From positions 14,500 to 78,499 of IMG/VR virus record IMGVR_UViG_3300025732_000030: DNA of 64,000 nucleotides; one strand, given 5' to 3'. The stretch is from a virus. The stretch's first letter is position 1, and the number at the start of each line of letters is the position of its first letter. The position numbers and the translations under genes are program-made. The notes under the pieces were generated by a model. That model worked only from the letters and a program-made list of their open reading frames with translations, searched no databases and was not told where the DNA came from. This document shows positions 30,301 through 39,900 of this stretch, piece by piece.

Positions 30301-33300
30301 TGGCAATGCATAAGTTTGCATTAGCTCCCCTTATTCCACCAATGATAAAGAATTCTGATTTAGAATCTTTACATAAACAGATGATTAAGAATAACATTCA
30401 GTATGTAACTTTTCCAACAGGTTCTAAAGTTGGTAGTGTAACCTCTCAAGTTAATGAAAAAGGAGAAGCAGTTGCTGATAAAATTTATGATGACAAAGAT
30501 CAAAAATCATTAAAGACAAATATTAAGTTCACACCAAATAAAGTTTATTTAGAATATCTTAAGGATGTAACTAAAGTTCCTGTGTCTTATAAAAACAAAA
30601 CAGTATTTGCTACTCAGTTAAGAAAACTTATCTTATCTAACCTATATAGAAATGGTGAATTAACTGTTAAAAATCAAGTTTTAATTAAAGACTATGAAGA
30701 TGCAGTAGATGCCTACGGTGAGTTCTTAAAAATGGAATTACTTAATGAGATAGGCTATACATTTGAAGATGGTAAATACATTGGAAACTTTAAAAACTTC
30801 TTAGAACTTGTTCAAAGAGAATTGGGTAGAAAGAATATTCCAGAACACCATATTGAGTTTGTTAATATGAATCCAGATAATTCTTTGAAAACAGATTTAT
30901 CTTTCCATTTAAGAGCAGATGAGATTGAAAAAATTATTGTTTCATTAATTGAAAAAAGATTAGTAAGACAAAAAATTAAAGGTGAAGCATTAGTACAAGT
31001 TTCTAGTGCAATGACAAATGGTATTTGGGATAACCAAATTCAATTTGATAAAGCTGATATAGAGCAAGTAAGAAAGTTCATGGGAACTAATAACTTACCT
31101 TTCTATAACTATAATAAGGATAGAACATCAGCAATGAAAGTTGCTATTGCTCTTCAAGGAGACTTTGTTAATCTTTTAAACTTAGATTACAAAGGAGAAA
31201 AAATTGGTACAAGAGAAAGACTGAATCAGGCTATCAAAGATGATGAATGGTTAAATGCAAATGATGGAGCTAACAGAAAAGCAATTACTATGATTGCTGT
31301 TAGGATTCCTGTGCAAGGTCTTAACTCTATGGAATACATGGAAGTATATGAGTTCTTAGATGAGGCTGCTGGTCCAATTATTATACCACCATCAGAAATA
31401 GTTGCTAAGTCAGGAGCTGACTTTGACGTTGATAAACTTACTACATTTATGCCATCATTGGATAAATCTGGAAAGTTTGTAGAATCAGCAATATCTAATG
31501 AAAGACTTCAAAATCTTCTTAACCAAAATAAAGATACAGAAGAAGGAAAACAAATGAATGCTAGATTACTAAGCACTCAAAAGGCAGCTTTAGAGAATAA
31601 ACTAATTACTAGCATATCTAACATACTCAGTTTACCAGAAAATTATGCATCACTGGTAAGACCAAATGCCACTTACTTATTAAAAGATGCTATAGCAGAT
31701 AAAATAGCAGATAAGGTAACAGACTATAATAGATTTGATAATTATCATGGTGAAGAAACAAGATTAAATGAAAAAGGTGAAAAAGCTATCAGCCCTACTA
31801 GAGTATTAGAACCACTATATAATTTGCACAAACATGAGGCAAACATGATTGGTAAAAAAGTATTGGGTATTGTGGCTATTTATAATGCTCTACACCCTGT
31901 TCTAAATAGTTTGGGTGCATCAATGCCTAAAACATATAGGTATAAAAAATCAAAAGAAAGAAAATCTAGAATATTTTTACCGGTTAATAAAACAAAGGAT
32001 GGTAGAATATCACTATCAGAAACTACTACAGTGGATGGAGATTTAATCTCAGAACTATATTCACAATTAATGAATGGTTCAGTAGATGTTGAAAAAGATG
32101 CTTGGATATTTTTTATTCAAGGTAATGAAGAGCTAATTGGTTTAATGGCTATGCTACTTAAATCCGGAGTTCCAAGAGAACATGCCATTAAGTTTCTATC
32201 ACAACCATTAGTTAGAGAGTATGCAAAAGAACAAAGACTTTTAAAAAGTTCTTATTCAGATCTTATTACTGATAATAGCGGTATACCAAAAACTCAATTA
32301 ACTGTAAATTATTACGGTGAACCAATAGAGATAAAAATTCCAGATAAAGAAATTGCAGCAGCTAGAGTACTCTCAAGATTTGGTGTTGATAAACCAATGA
32401 GATTTGTAAAGGGTAATGCAGATCAAGCTTCATTAGATGCATTTATAAAGAAAGGAAATATATTAAACAAAGAAGGAGTATTTGATCTTAAATTACTAGA
32501 TGCTATATTAGAAGATCCAAATAATCCTGCACGCAAAGATCAGCAAATTGCTACATTATTACATGTAATGGAGTTAGAAAAACAATTCTCTGGATATCAA
32601 GAGCTAATGAGATTATCTAATCCAGATACTTCAATATCTAAAACTTTACAGCAAGTATTAAATAGAAATGTACTACTTGATGAAATTGAAAATGATTCAA
32701 GGGTAGAAAGTAAAATAGTAAACGCTTTAAGAAAGGAATCTATTTTATCTACATTTTTTGATAATCAAATTGTTCAAGATTTAGTTGAACCAGTATTTCC
32801 ATTAAGAAATTCAAAAGATATAAGTAATATTATTATTGGCCTAATAAAGAACAATAGTTTTCAGATAACAAAAAGATTTGGTGATACTGAAAAATTTATT
32901 TCAGAGATAAAAAATAACATGGTTAATTCTGTGTTCCAAAACTATATGATGGGTTATGTGCAATCTGAAAAAGACTTATTAAATATTCCGTCAGATCTTT
33001 TAGCTAAATACTTTACAAAAGATGTGTTCTTCCAAAATACAGGATATTCATTTGCAGAAGATATTTTTGATATTATAAATCAACATCCTGAACTAAAAGA
33101 TAAATATAGTTTATTATCACAGTTATCTATTCCAGAAGTTAAGGATGGTCAAAAGATTCTTACTTTAAATAACTCTAGATTATTAAGCAAAGGAAATATA
33201 GCTGAGCAATATTATCAAAATATTGTTGCTCTAGCTGATCCTAATGTTTCTAAGGTAGATGACCCAGTACAGAATAAATATATCAGTGACATGTTCCGTG

Positions 33301-36300
33301 TACTCCCACTTATGGCCATATACCAAAATGGAGTGGGATACAGTAGATTTGGCTTTAATGAAATCTTGCCATTTGAGGATTATGTTACAATCATGAATAA
33401 TGCCGCAGTAGATTTTAATAATCAAAGTTTTGAGAATAAACAACTATACATGGATAGAGTATTTAGTATAAGTATGAATCCTAAAAATAGAATCTTTAAA
33501 AACTTTGTGTCAGCTGCATTTGCATCTACTATTCCAACATTTGAAAAGAAAAACAGATTTACAGTTATTCCACAATCAGGAGTAAAAGATGCTAAAGCTG
33601 TTGTAAAATCTAGTATCTCTACACAGTTTATTGGTTTTGGAGAAGGTATAGTTGGTAAAGATGGTAAACGCAGTAGCACACAAATATACAGAGAGCAAGT
33701 TGGTAATTTAGCAAATACTGGAAAATATAGCAGTACAGATGTAATCTTTGTATCTGTTCCTGGACTAAGAGGTGATGCAGCAATTACCAAAAGAGAACAA
33801 GATAAAACAATCAAAGAAGCAATTAAAGCTATAGAAGCTGAAGCAACTATTCTTGTAGATAATAAAGCTTATACTTTTGATTCTAAAAATACTTACAACA
33901 CCGGAGAAAAAAGATTGTTTCAAAATCTTGAAGCCAAAGGTTATAACTATTCTGAGATTACAATTGATGGTGTAAAAATAGGAACATGGAGTAAATCTAG
34001 AACTACTCAAGCTCCTATAAGTACTGGAGTAGAAATTAGTTCTAATGCTAAAGGTCTTGCAGCTGCCCTTACTAATCCTACAGAGTTAGCTAAATCTAAA
34101 GGTAATCTCACCCAATCTTATCCAATAGAATTTAATGGTAAAACTTATAAAGATGTTGAAGCTGCATATCAAGCATTAAAAGATAAATCTGAGTCTATAA
34201 CAAAACCTACTAAAGAAAATAGTAAGAACTATAAATTAATGGTAGATTTAATAAAAGCCAAGTTACAACAGCATTCAAGATTAGTTTCAGAAATAACTAA
34301 ACAAGGTGGTTCTACTTGGGTTTTATCATCTACTCATCAACCTACTAATGCAAATACCGTATGGGAAACAGGAGGAAAAAATTGGTTTATTGAAGCTCTT
34401 AACGATGCTTACTTATCTACTCAACCTACTACAGCTCCTACTGTTATAACTGAAATTAAACCAGAAGATATAACTTTTAAATCAAATAGATTAGAAACAT
34501 TTGAAAGACAGGGAGACCTTGAATCAGTAAAAGGTTATGGATTAATTATAAAAGGTCAACCTAATGTAGATTTATTTACATTTAAAGATGATTCAGAATG
34601 GGTCATCATTGATAATAAGTCTAAATTACTAATACCAATTAGAGGAGGAATTTCTACTAAACGTGATATAGCGAAATTACTAAGCAATGATTTAACTTTT
34701 CATATATCAAAAGAAAGGAATAGAAAATTATTAGAAGGAATTGGTTTTAATTTTACTCAAGAACAAAAACCAGGTGATCAATTAGATTTATTTAACCAAC
34801 GTACTATAAATCCAAATCAAAAGTTTGATAAAGTACTTGCTAAAAAAATACAAGATAAACTTGAAAAACTATATCCTGAGATTAAATTAAACATTAGCAA
34901 TACTCCAGTTTGGGAGCAAGGTGATAATGTACTTAATCAAGAGCAATATAATAATCAAGTAAACTATAGGATTAAAACAGTTGATATTTTACTTACACCA
35001 AAAGCTGATCAAGTATTTGCTAAGGGTATTAAAAATAAATGGACACTGGATAAAATCTTAACAGAACTTCAGATACCTAAAAATCAAAAAGGACTTATAG
35101 AAAGAGTAATAGAAACAATGCCATACTTTGAGGGTATACCTTTTAACGCTCAACTTGCATATGCTATTGCTTCTACTTATAACTATACTATTGAGATTAA
35201 TACTTCTAAAGATAAAATTGAGGATGCTTTCGGCAATGTTTGGGTTGATAAATATCCTAATAAAAAAATTGGAGATTATATTACTATTGATAATAAACAA
35301 TGGAAAATAACAGGTACAAGATTTGAAGATGATAGTTGGGGGGATTCGGGTTTAGAACAAAGAGAATCTTTTATTGTAGGTTCAGAAGGAGAAAACACTC
35401 AATATTACTCTAATCTAACAGTTCCAGGTGGAACTAACTATACTGAACAAGAAGTAACAACACCGGGTGTTGTTCCTAATATTAAAGGGCATGCTCAGTT
35501 TGCTACAGATAAAGGTATAGGTTGGTTTAGGAGTGATGAAAGGACTAATAGTTTAAAGCAATTTAATGAGTTTGAAATAGGAGATACTTGGTATGCTCAA
35601 GGTAGCATCAACATGTATGGTAGAGAATACTATGGTAAAATAGTTGGTAATAATGAAGGAGTAGAAATTTCAAAAGAAGAATTTGAAAAAGCTAAGCAAG
35701 AATTTATTAGTAGTAATCCTTCTTATACAGATAATACTAAAACTCGTAGAATACTAGAAGTACAATCTGATTTGTTTCAGAAAGGTAGAGATAAATATTT
35801 TCTATATGAAAAAGAAGGTAAACAAACTGTTTTAGGTACTCAAATAATTGATAGTTCTGAAAACCAATTTCTTCAACTCCTCAACAAAGACAATAACTGG
35901 GTAACATTCTTTGTTAAATCTATTATTCAAGATAGTGCTAAGAAAGGATATGAGAAAGTTTTATTTCCAAGTGGTAATACTGCTAGTAAAGTTGAAGGTC
36001 ATACTACTTTAGAAGAGTTTAAGAAGCAAAAAGAAGATAGGATTAAAGAACTTGAAAAAGATGAAAATATTTATCACCTTGCATTAATTTTAGATAAATC
36101 TGATAGCGGTATTTTAGATTCTTTTCCTACAAAAGAAGAAGCTTTAATCGCAATTAATAGAAATAACAAAGAAATACAAGAATTGGATTCTAGTAGTGAA
36201 TTAACCTATGAACTTAGAGAAAAGAATTTAAACTTAAATGAAATAAATCAACTTAAACAAGAACTTGAAAGAATAGAAGGTCCAGAAGGTTTTGGTGCTT

Positions 36301-36971
36301 TAAAACCTATTTATAATTTCTATGAAAATGTAGTGGCTAATGTTCTTAAAAAACAAGGTTATACACCTACACAAGTTACAGATGAGTATGGTAATACTTG
36401 GAATGAGGTAATAATTAACCAAGCTAGAGATTTACAAAATGTATTGTTGCAAAAAAATGAAGCAGATAAAATTATAGGTCAAGCTAATATTAAAGCTATG
36501 ACAGTATTAATTGATGCTGTAAATCAAAGACAAGATACATTACCACATGAGTATGCTCACCATTATATTGCTTGGTTTAGAAATACTCCTATTGTTCAAG
36601 AAGGCATTAAAAGATTTGGTAGTGAAGAAGCATTAGTACAAGCAATTGGAGAACAAGTTGTAAAACAAAAAGGAAATGCCTATAATTGGTGGAAAAAGTT
36701 TACTAACTTTATCTTAAATCTATTGTCTAATAAACAAGTGTTACAAGTATTAACTGATAGTTTCTTAAATAGAACAAACTTAAATGAAGTTACCTATAAT
36801 GAAGAAATGGAAAGTCAGGAAATAGAAACTGAAACAACACAAGAAAGACAAGAAAAAATTGATACTTTAAATGAACTAGAATTTAAAAATTGGTTCACAA
36901 ATGAAGCAACTAAAAATCCAGATTTAGATATCTTAGATGCTCTAGATTATTATATGAAATGTAAAAGATAA
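24348..36971 (+). CDS. Virion-packaged RNA polymerase polyprotein with accessory domains
   Basis: 4207 aa. ADGQG (30102-30116), RIP.QG (31302) and catalytic GADFDVDK (DFDVD 31419-31433), as in phi14:2 gp66-type RNAPs. Two HExxH zincins (26952, 36546), a P-loop (26178) and a NADAR-like module (about 34030). Confidence 0.9.
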   Translation: MKIVCALSPKQVENLYKDIYKNMLNSLEADKAFNANDYMKTLFTQIAEKKDVPTAMKFLQQVPSIMRAVGVKSQFDNLDISLDALKPLVTDFKNEKDGFKNVLNYFKPEMSDKDKLELLVANQFISSLPTEIEDPKEIKDPFRFKPFSWLSTTFQQLIQLNPLNKLKLLSEKPDANKNRIYNTIDKIQAAISAEQALVTDGTLTVAGKVLKLKPVRLLDLYDTNQADIDNTTAQDVIRTKSIKNRPAGVETQDTIALVLSDEDGNYYHFTEDGNFSTEEEGGKIVYQFMRNVNKDNTTGEYVAVNQYGYDDQIQTPEMIAEKLEITVEKAKELQQEELKNLYEIKQAVVNNQQNPLLNVVELSAGVPESLAQKKISLKNLRSLPFVNNATFKTITPVIEKGSDVSAVITLNGTIYPVDKPDLSEVLIQKITSVLTNPKLSNKQKYDFVNQFLSDKASMKARRHTLLYNPGTDALTFQYTEKTNADGTGGTYTLLNDQLNNKYDLVYDVLRYAKGDSRKGKPFPAKMTYNIDVLSRNGYQDYNIETGEISDEYTPYIPLLETLDAADIKISESTDPGFYNTYIRFSIPSDISIDATEEPKVRSQYVGKFIYSTPGSGKTTLANTDENIIDTDELIVEEMNKRHPDFKQEANEPIQEFILRYVIKYDHKAEINKIVLNQVKELTASGKTVLTGTMAFIKDVDVVFRMNPTSSRAIERFGSVEKAKDFAKKEKDEANKAKKKSIETKGIEQSIMTSFVSEPVTQTPKEERDNIIEPENTPKPEEGGLGSLLDDEMYRSGKNLDLENITSEDIKNAETWWNNSPLSKFIDFKTMVNIVNSDVYAKFIAYGAVLNNKYGEIQIGQRTSIVDVYHEAWHGFTQLFLTPTERKALYDEVAKQEGSFTLLNETTVKFSDATYGQLEEYLAEEFRTYAKEQGVKANSPKRNSIFRKILNFLKNLFKSKNTKDKLFNELYLAGKNKKNSQKFLNKYSPLVNTFSFKELNRGIENVVEPTIDALDKQDSNLVSKSIDSFFSLRADKNSEETGTKEATIRIFTNEKTKEKVYAEAKVDFQNKLDTAKEELEKIQDDPTKALEIEKLQNKIRIFETALKNWGDKKSGVIAYHNENSDYKIINKKFKEIKDEEEDDTTTQSQTANSKTVENSSQGETLGIKDDTQTKSLLDLASSETIVLLSSLHKIENGKTVLNELGYPELADFATTWNNTIRALNGEKNPSKMLENIRTSAQTIYPEFKQLLRKLPGYTIENGKIVINEKNRFEVKTLSAFWQDFQKTRVTYLQTTIFDNNIAEVTKASIETMSLMRKFQAKFKSDLENKFIGRSAENVAFLKVAEVVAEFGKDGKLDSDRAYEFARAIGLYLDDLSIIKNELNLNQKAKQMYGLIYIYRAMYDIDNAMKNPKTTQKTVTEINEFLLDPIGKLTSGFSAGTIAEKEVRQKNAIDRILGLQAKYGFDSANFAVLNAEKNLVFEHIDDHTISYITYALNKMDNLSEAWTPGSEFEYMSYLNPLINSFTTRLGIINTLFDKNDTEDGVYNWAKRSGKSLQLFINSGTQVEAIDDGTNTTSLDARGKFLQELHSMLKGGMIEFMRHASKSSSFGARIDGEGGILGGVGKGTDTRLWVDIDKFAVGNAYEYVVKNHMIPYIAGELERINKFKANKELFKTYKGYNRVLADGTMAGENFTAFDNVLTKDTKAKILEAVTDPNIRFEDYIKTNPKLYKEILEEITKYFTDQTKDLQNYYNEAKYLSPDLLDKLSVFNLDQEKVEEVLMSAYAVNSWVQNFETATLFYGDIVQYNHEKEEMHKRNSGATSGGLKIRTDQSIRRYLTELNGKLSYAQAEGLETLAYTGTYNSAIIQDIKRESVYSPIIERELRKDYTERLKGKVPADKLSEEVEMRVAQDLKPYAKMEEADGQGWITIDAYRNLKMASDQWSDLQEELFKKIINKQPVKYSDIIEFFPVYKVQNFGHLANTALPVMAMHKFALAPLIPPMIKNSDLESLHKQMIKNNIQYVTFPTGSKVGSVTSQVNEKGEAVADKIYDDKDQKSLKTNIKFTPNKVYLEYLKDVTKVPVSYKNKTVFATQLRKLILSNLYRNGELTVKNQVLIKDYEDAVDAYGEFLKMELLNEIGYTFEDGKYIGNFKNFLELVQRELGRKNIPEHHIEFVNMNPDNSLKTDLSFHLRADEIEKIIVSLIEKRLVRQKIKGEALVQVSSAMTNGIWDNQIQFDKADIEQVRKFMGTNNLPFYNYNKDRTSAMKVAIALQGDFVNLLNLDYKGEKIGTRERLNQAIKDDEWLNANDGANRKAITMIAVRIPVQGLNSMEYMEVYEFLDEAAGPIIIPPSEIVAKSGADFDVDKLTTFMPSLDKSGKFVESAISNERLQNLLNQNKDTEEGKQMNARLLSTQKAALENKLITSISNILSLPENYASLVRPNATYLLKDAIADKIADKVTDYNRFDNYHGEETRLNEKGEKAISPTRVLEPLYNLHKHEANMIGKKVLGIVAIYNALHPVLNSLGASMPKTYRYKKSKERKSRIFLPVNKTKDGRISLSETTTVDGDLISELYSQLMNGSVDVEKDAWIFFIQGNEELIGLMAMLLKSGVPREHAIKFLSQPLVREYAKEQRLLKSSYSDLITDNSGIPKTQLTVNYYGEPIEIKIPDKEIAAARVLSRFGVDKPMRFVKGNADQASLDAFIKKGNILNKEGVFDLKLLDAILEDPNNPARKDQQIATLLHVMELEKQFSGYQELMRLSNPDTSISKTLQQVLNRNVLLDEIENDSRVESKIVNALRKESILSTFFDNQIVQDLVEPVFPLRNSKDISNIIIGLIKNNSFQITKRFGDTEKFISEIKNNMVNSVFQNYMMGYVQSEKDLLNIPSDLLAKYFTKDVFFQNTGYSFAEDIFDIINQHPELKDKYSLLSQLSIPEVKDGQKILTLNNSRLLSKGNIAEQYYQNIVALADPNVSKVDDPVQNKYISDMFRVLPLMAIYQNGVGYSRFGFNEILPFEDYVTIMNNAAVDFNNQSFENKQLYMDRVFSISMNPKNRIFKNFVSAAFASTIPTFEKKNRFTVIPQSGVKDAKAVVKSSISTQFIGFGEGIVGKDGKRSSTQIYREQVGNLANTGKYSSTDVIFVSVPGLRGDAAITKREQDKTIKEAIKAIEAEATILVDNKAYTFDSKNTYNTGEKRLFQNLEAKGYNYSEITIDGVKIGTWSKSRTTQAPISTGVEISSNAKGLAAALTNPTELAKSKGNLTQSYPIEFNGKTYKDVEAAYQALKDKSESITKPTKENSKNYKLMVDLIKAKLQQHSRLVSEITKQGGSTWVLSSTHQPTNANTVWETGGKNWFIEALNDAYLSTQPTTAPTVITEIKPEDITFKSNRLETFERQGDLESVKGYGLIIKGQPNVDLFTFKDDSEWVIIDNKSKLLIPIRGGISTKRDIAKLLSNDLTFHISKERNRKLLEGIGFNFTQEQKPGDQLDLFNQRTINPNQKFDKVLAKKIQDKLEKLYPEIKLNISNTPVWEQGDNVLNQEQYNNQVNYRIKTVDILLTPKADQVFAKGIKNKWTLDKILTELQIPKNQKGLIERVIETMPYFEGIPFNAQLAYAIASTYNYTIEINTSKDKIEDAFGNVWVDKYPNKKIGDYITIDNKQWKITGTRFEDDSWGDSGLEQRESFIVGSEGENTQYYSNLTVPGGTNYTEQEVTTPGVVPNIKGHAQFATDKGIGWFRSDERTNSLKQFNEFEIGDTWYAQGSINMYGREYYGKIVGNNEGVEISKEEFEKAKQEFISSNPSYTDNTKTRRILEVQSDLFQKGRDKYFLYEKEGKQTVLGTQIIDSSENQFLQLLNKDNNWVTFFVKSIIQDSAKKGYEKVLFPSGNTASKVEGHTTLEEFKKQKEDRIKELEKDENIYHLALILDKSDSGILDSFPTKEEALIAINRNNKEIQELDSSSELTYELREKNLNLNEINQLKQELERIEGPEGFGALKPIYNFYENVVANVLKKQGYTPTQVTDEYGNTWNEVIINQARDLQNVLLQKNEADKIIGQANIKAMTVLIDAVNQRQDTLPHEYAHHYIAWFRNTPIVQEGIKRFGSEEALVQAIGEQVVKQKGNAYNWWKKFTNFILNLLSNKQVLQVLTDSFLNRTNLNEVTYNEEMESQEIETETTQERQEKIDTLNELEFKNWFTNEATKNPDLDILDALDYYMKCKR

Positions 36972-36976
36972 ATATT

Positions 36977-39900
36977 ATGTCATTCTGTTTAAACTTTGGT
37001 GATCCTAATGTACAAAAAATGGTAAAAGATTTTGGAGAGGTTAAAGTCTCTAATCTTATCCAGGAATTTTTTAATAGTGAAACACCTATATATGATGATT
37101 TCATTAAAAATAAAAATGTTAAAGAGGCATTAGGTTTAGTACCTATATCTAAAGTGAAACAAGAAATTGGTAAAAGCTTTCCCAAAGAAATTAGTGGAAG
37201 CCAAATGATTAGTTTAAAGAGTGCCGTTTCTAGAAAAAACAACTATAATTTTAGTAATAAAATTTCAGTAGTATATTCTTTATATAACTTAGAGCAAATA
37301 GGGCAAGCAGATTTAAATACTTGGGGTCTTAGAAAAGTTAAAGGTAAATTAGATATTGATGGCAAAATAGATAGAGCAAAATCTAGAATTGTAGATGCTG
37401 GTCAATCAAATAAACCTGTATCAGAATTAGAAAATCTAATTAAAACAGGAGCATATATAAAACCAGAATTCAGAGAGAAAACTCCTGAAGAATTATTATA
37501 TGAACAAGAAGCTAGAAAGATACAAGAGGAGGATGCTAAAAGAGCAGGTGTAGATTATAGCGATGACTACTTATTTGGAAGAAATTCTGAAGGACAATTG
37601 GGTGTAGATCCAAATATTACAGAAGCAGAGTTCAGAAGACAAGCAGACATTGTAACTAAAATGGCAGCTGTAGAAGAAGCTACTGCAGATAATTTTGATG
37701 TTAAAAAAGAAAAAGCTATTGAGGTTGCTACAAAACTTGCAGATAAATTATCTGAAGCTATGAATGTAGAATGGGAGTTAGTAACTCCTGAAGCTGCTGA
37801 AATATTATTAAAAAATACTCCAACAGAATATGCCGGAGAACCAGCATTTTTCTTTGGTAATAAAGTATACTTTGTAGAAGGTAATCTATCACTTGATAAT
37901 GTACTACATGAATTTGCACATCCTTTAATAAAGGGAATTGAGCAAGAGAATCCTGAGCTATTTGATAAGTTATATACTGAATTAAGTATGACACCAGAGG
38001 GTCTAGATGTTATAGCATATATAGAAAGGGTATATCCAAGACTTCAAAAAAGCACAAAAGCATTTATGCGGGAAGCATTAGTTACTTCTATTGAAAGAAA
38101 AGGTACAGCTCCATCTTCTAAATTTAAAAAATTCTTAGACAAACTAATGTTTGCTATCAAGAAAATTATTAGAAAAGTGTTTAGCCCGCAAGCAGCCGCA
38201 AAGATTAATTTAAATAAATTAAGTCAAAGTACCACTTTAGATCAATTAGCAAATATGCTTGCTAATGAGGAGTTTGAGATAGAAACAGTTGATATTTTAG
38301 ATACTGATTCTGCAGAGTTTAAAAAACTAGAAAATAATATTTCTAGAAGAATTGCAGAACTTAAAGAATTACCGGTTGAAAAATTGCAAGAAGAGATTAA
38401 TAGAATCTATGACAATAACATGCGGCAGCTTAATAGTTTAAAGCAAGTGCCATTTAAAGTAAAAGATTTATTAGTTAAAAGTGGTGGTACAAAAATTTTA
38501 AATTATATTCGGGAAGAGCTTTCAAAATATCAAACAGTTAATGTAAGAGCAGAAGATATTGATCCAGAAAATGTTATCAGAGCTGTAGAAGATATAGAAA
38601 AAGAAACAAGACTTAGAGCCCTTGCTTTAATAAACTCATTAAATGAAATAAAAATATTTACTGAAAGTATTGAAAAAATTCTTGATGATTTATCAAAAGT
38701 AGAATCACAAACAAATGAAAATATATCAAGAGTTGTTTATTATAAAACTTCATTACAAAATCAAAAAGATTTAATAGATAACTTAAAAGATATAGGATTA
38801 GATAAAGAAACTTTATTTTTTAGTACTCTTAACTCAATTCAAAATTCAATTGAAAAAGCTAATAAAAAAATAGAAGAAATTGAATTTAAGTTTATATCTG
38901 ATTTCTTTACAGATGAGACTGAATTAATGAAAGGCAGTGTTGAAAAAAATTTAAAAGAAAGGGTTGGTATAATCTTAAAGGCAGAGGGATATTCTGATGT
39001 AGAAATAGATAAATTTATAAATAATGTAATTGATACAAAAGATAGGGAAACATATACATTAAAAGATCTTGGTTTAACTGGAGTAAGTTCAAGAAGAGCA
39101 AAACTGGTTGTTAAGGCTGTAAATGAGTATATGTTTAAAAGATTGGGTAAACAGCAAATTGAAGAATATTTAAAAGGGCAGAGAGGAGATATTTCATTTT
39201 TTACAGGATTTATAACTCCATATGCAAATATGGATGATCCAATTTCTGGTTCCTTTACAAGATTTATAAAAACTAAAATATTTGAAGCTCAACAATCAGC
39301 ACAAGATCAAGCAGATGAAATAACATATAAATTACTACCATTATTAAATGCAGTAGGTTATCAACCACATAAAGTAGATCAACTTGGTGATATGCTATTA
39401 TTTTTAGATAAAGTTGGTTATGTAGATAATAATGGAGATTTTCAAGAAAAAGAAGTTTGGACATTCAAAAATAAGTTTAAAAATTATAAATATGATTTAG
39501 CAAAACTTCAAAATGATTTTGCAGTTGCAAGACATAACAATGATAAACAAGGTATGAAAGATGCTTATCAAGCAATTCAAGACTTTGAAGAAAAATATAT
39601 GCATAGAAAATATACAAAAGCTTTTTATGATATACAAAAAATTTGGAATACCGGATCTACAGTAACTGATCCTTTTACAGGAGAAGAAATAACTGTATCT
39701 CCTAGTGTAGCATTTGATGCATATGTAGAAAGACAGAATCAACTTTCTAAAATGAATACATTAAAGAATGTTAATTTCTTAGACTTAGAGGACTTATATG
39801 ATTTTAATGACTCAGAGGAACAGGCCAGATTAGAATATAATAGGTTATTTGATATATATTCCTTAGACGGTAAACCAAAACAAGGTGAAGAACTTCAAAG

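Noticed and set aside
3121-39742. Short antisense or alternate-frame ORFs in the track (e.g. 5089-5478, 26375-26845, 33422-33814, 36910-37242)
   Set aside because: They are fully nested in long genes and have the F/L/I/S-rich composition expected of shadow frames of AT-rich coding DNA.
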